Virus record (IMG/VR): IMGVR_UViG_3300037501_000111 | Location: 192,001 to 256,000 of that record | Source: a virus | Taxonomy: Duplodnaviria; Caudoviricetes | Length of the DNA stretch: 64,000 bases | Strand: one strand, 5' to 3' | Part shown: positions 63,865 to 64,000 of the stretch, piece after piece | Layout of the letters: each line of letters begins with the position of its first letter | How positions within the stretch are numbered: position 1 is the first letter of the stretch | Notes under the pieces: generated by a model | What the model saw: the letters and a program-made list of their open reading frames with translations, nothing else | Database searches by the model: none | Told to the model about the DNA's origin: nothing | Made by a program: the position numbers and the translations under genes

Positions 63865-63956
63865 ATCAAAACAGAAGTTGATCTCGACAATTGAAAGGGG
63901 GATCTATAGGGGGATCAGGATCTTTTTAGATCAAACCCTCAACCTAAAAATCGATC
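63860..63956. repeat. GATC cluster (7 sites in 93 bp) with GGGGGATC direct repeat and TTTTGATCAAAA palindrome
   Basis: GATC at 63864, 63880, 63901, 63913, 63919, 63929 and 63953. Confidence 0.85.
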
Positions 63957-63965
63957 AATTAGTTG

Positions 63966-63993
63966 TTGCGGCTTTTTGTACCATGATTATACT
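63966..63993 (+). promoter_or_regulatory. sigma-70-like promoter TTGCGG-N16-TATACT (target gene outside window)
   Basis: Good -10 box; same 16-bp spacing as three other candidates. Confidence 0.45.
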
Positions 63994-64000
63994 CTATTCA

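Noticed and set aside
1-64000. Stop-codon recoding (alternative genetic code)
   Set aside because: Known enzymes are full length under code 11, and TAA, TGA and TAG all appear as terminators at sensible positions.
1-64000. CRISPR array, tRNA or rRNA genes
   Set aside because: Intergenic gaps are short; I saw no regularly spaced repeat-spacer pattern or cloverleaf. A covariance-model scan would be needed to be certain.

Overview
This window is 64 kb from a large, AT-rich, tailed dsDNA bacteriophage (jumbo-phage-like gene repertoire, standard code 11, dense operons with ATGA/TAATG overlaps). I found no integrase, tRNA, rRNA or CRISPR array. From left to right: (1) GH25 endolysin, then a replication block (SF2 helicase, DnaC-like loader, DnaB) with free-standing HNH genes, a sigma-70 factor, class II ribonucleotide reductase, PIN-PhoH and methionine aminopeptidase. 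(2) An accessory block (FAD oxidoreductase, DEDDh exonuclease, GT-B glycosyltransferase, HAD hydrolase, macrodomain, M23 peptidase). (3) A ~26 kb cluster of Thr/Gly/Ser-rich virion fibre/decoration-type genes at 25.4-51.5 kb. (4) A leftward nucleotide-metabolism and host-takeover block (DHFR, ThyX, IMPDH/GMPR, IF-1, second DEDDh exonuclease, SET-domain protein, HD nucleotidase, dUTPase). The most striking signal is in the structural cluster. Two small beta-rich modules (a ~65-aa 'T-module', 19 copies in 6 genes, and an E1-FCCH-like module, ~10 copies) sit in-frame at different loops of paralogous scaffold proteins. They are also inserted into each other, about seven levels deep in the 1257-aa protein. 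Other signals are short motifs shared by unrelated proteins (a C-terminal [LN]-[KS]-[AV]-F-[WLI] tail, a 14-aa helical motif, a YYK..W mini-domain), sigma-70-like promoters that share a 16-bp spacer, and a GATC cluster at the right end. Family assignments come from motifs recognised by eye; no database search was run.
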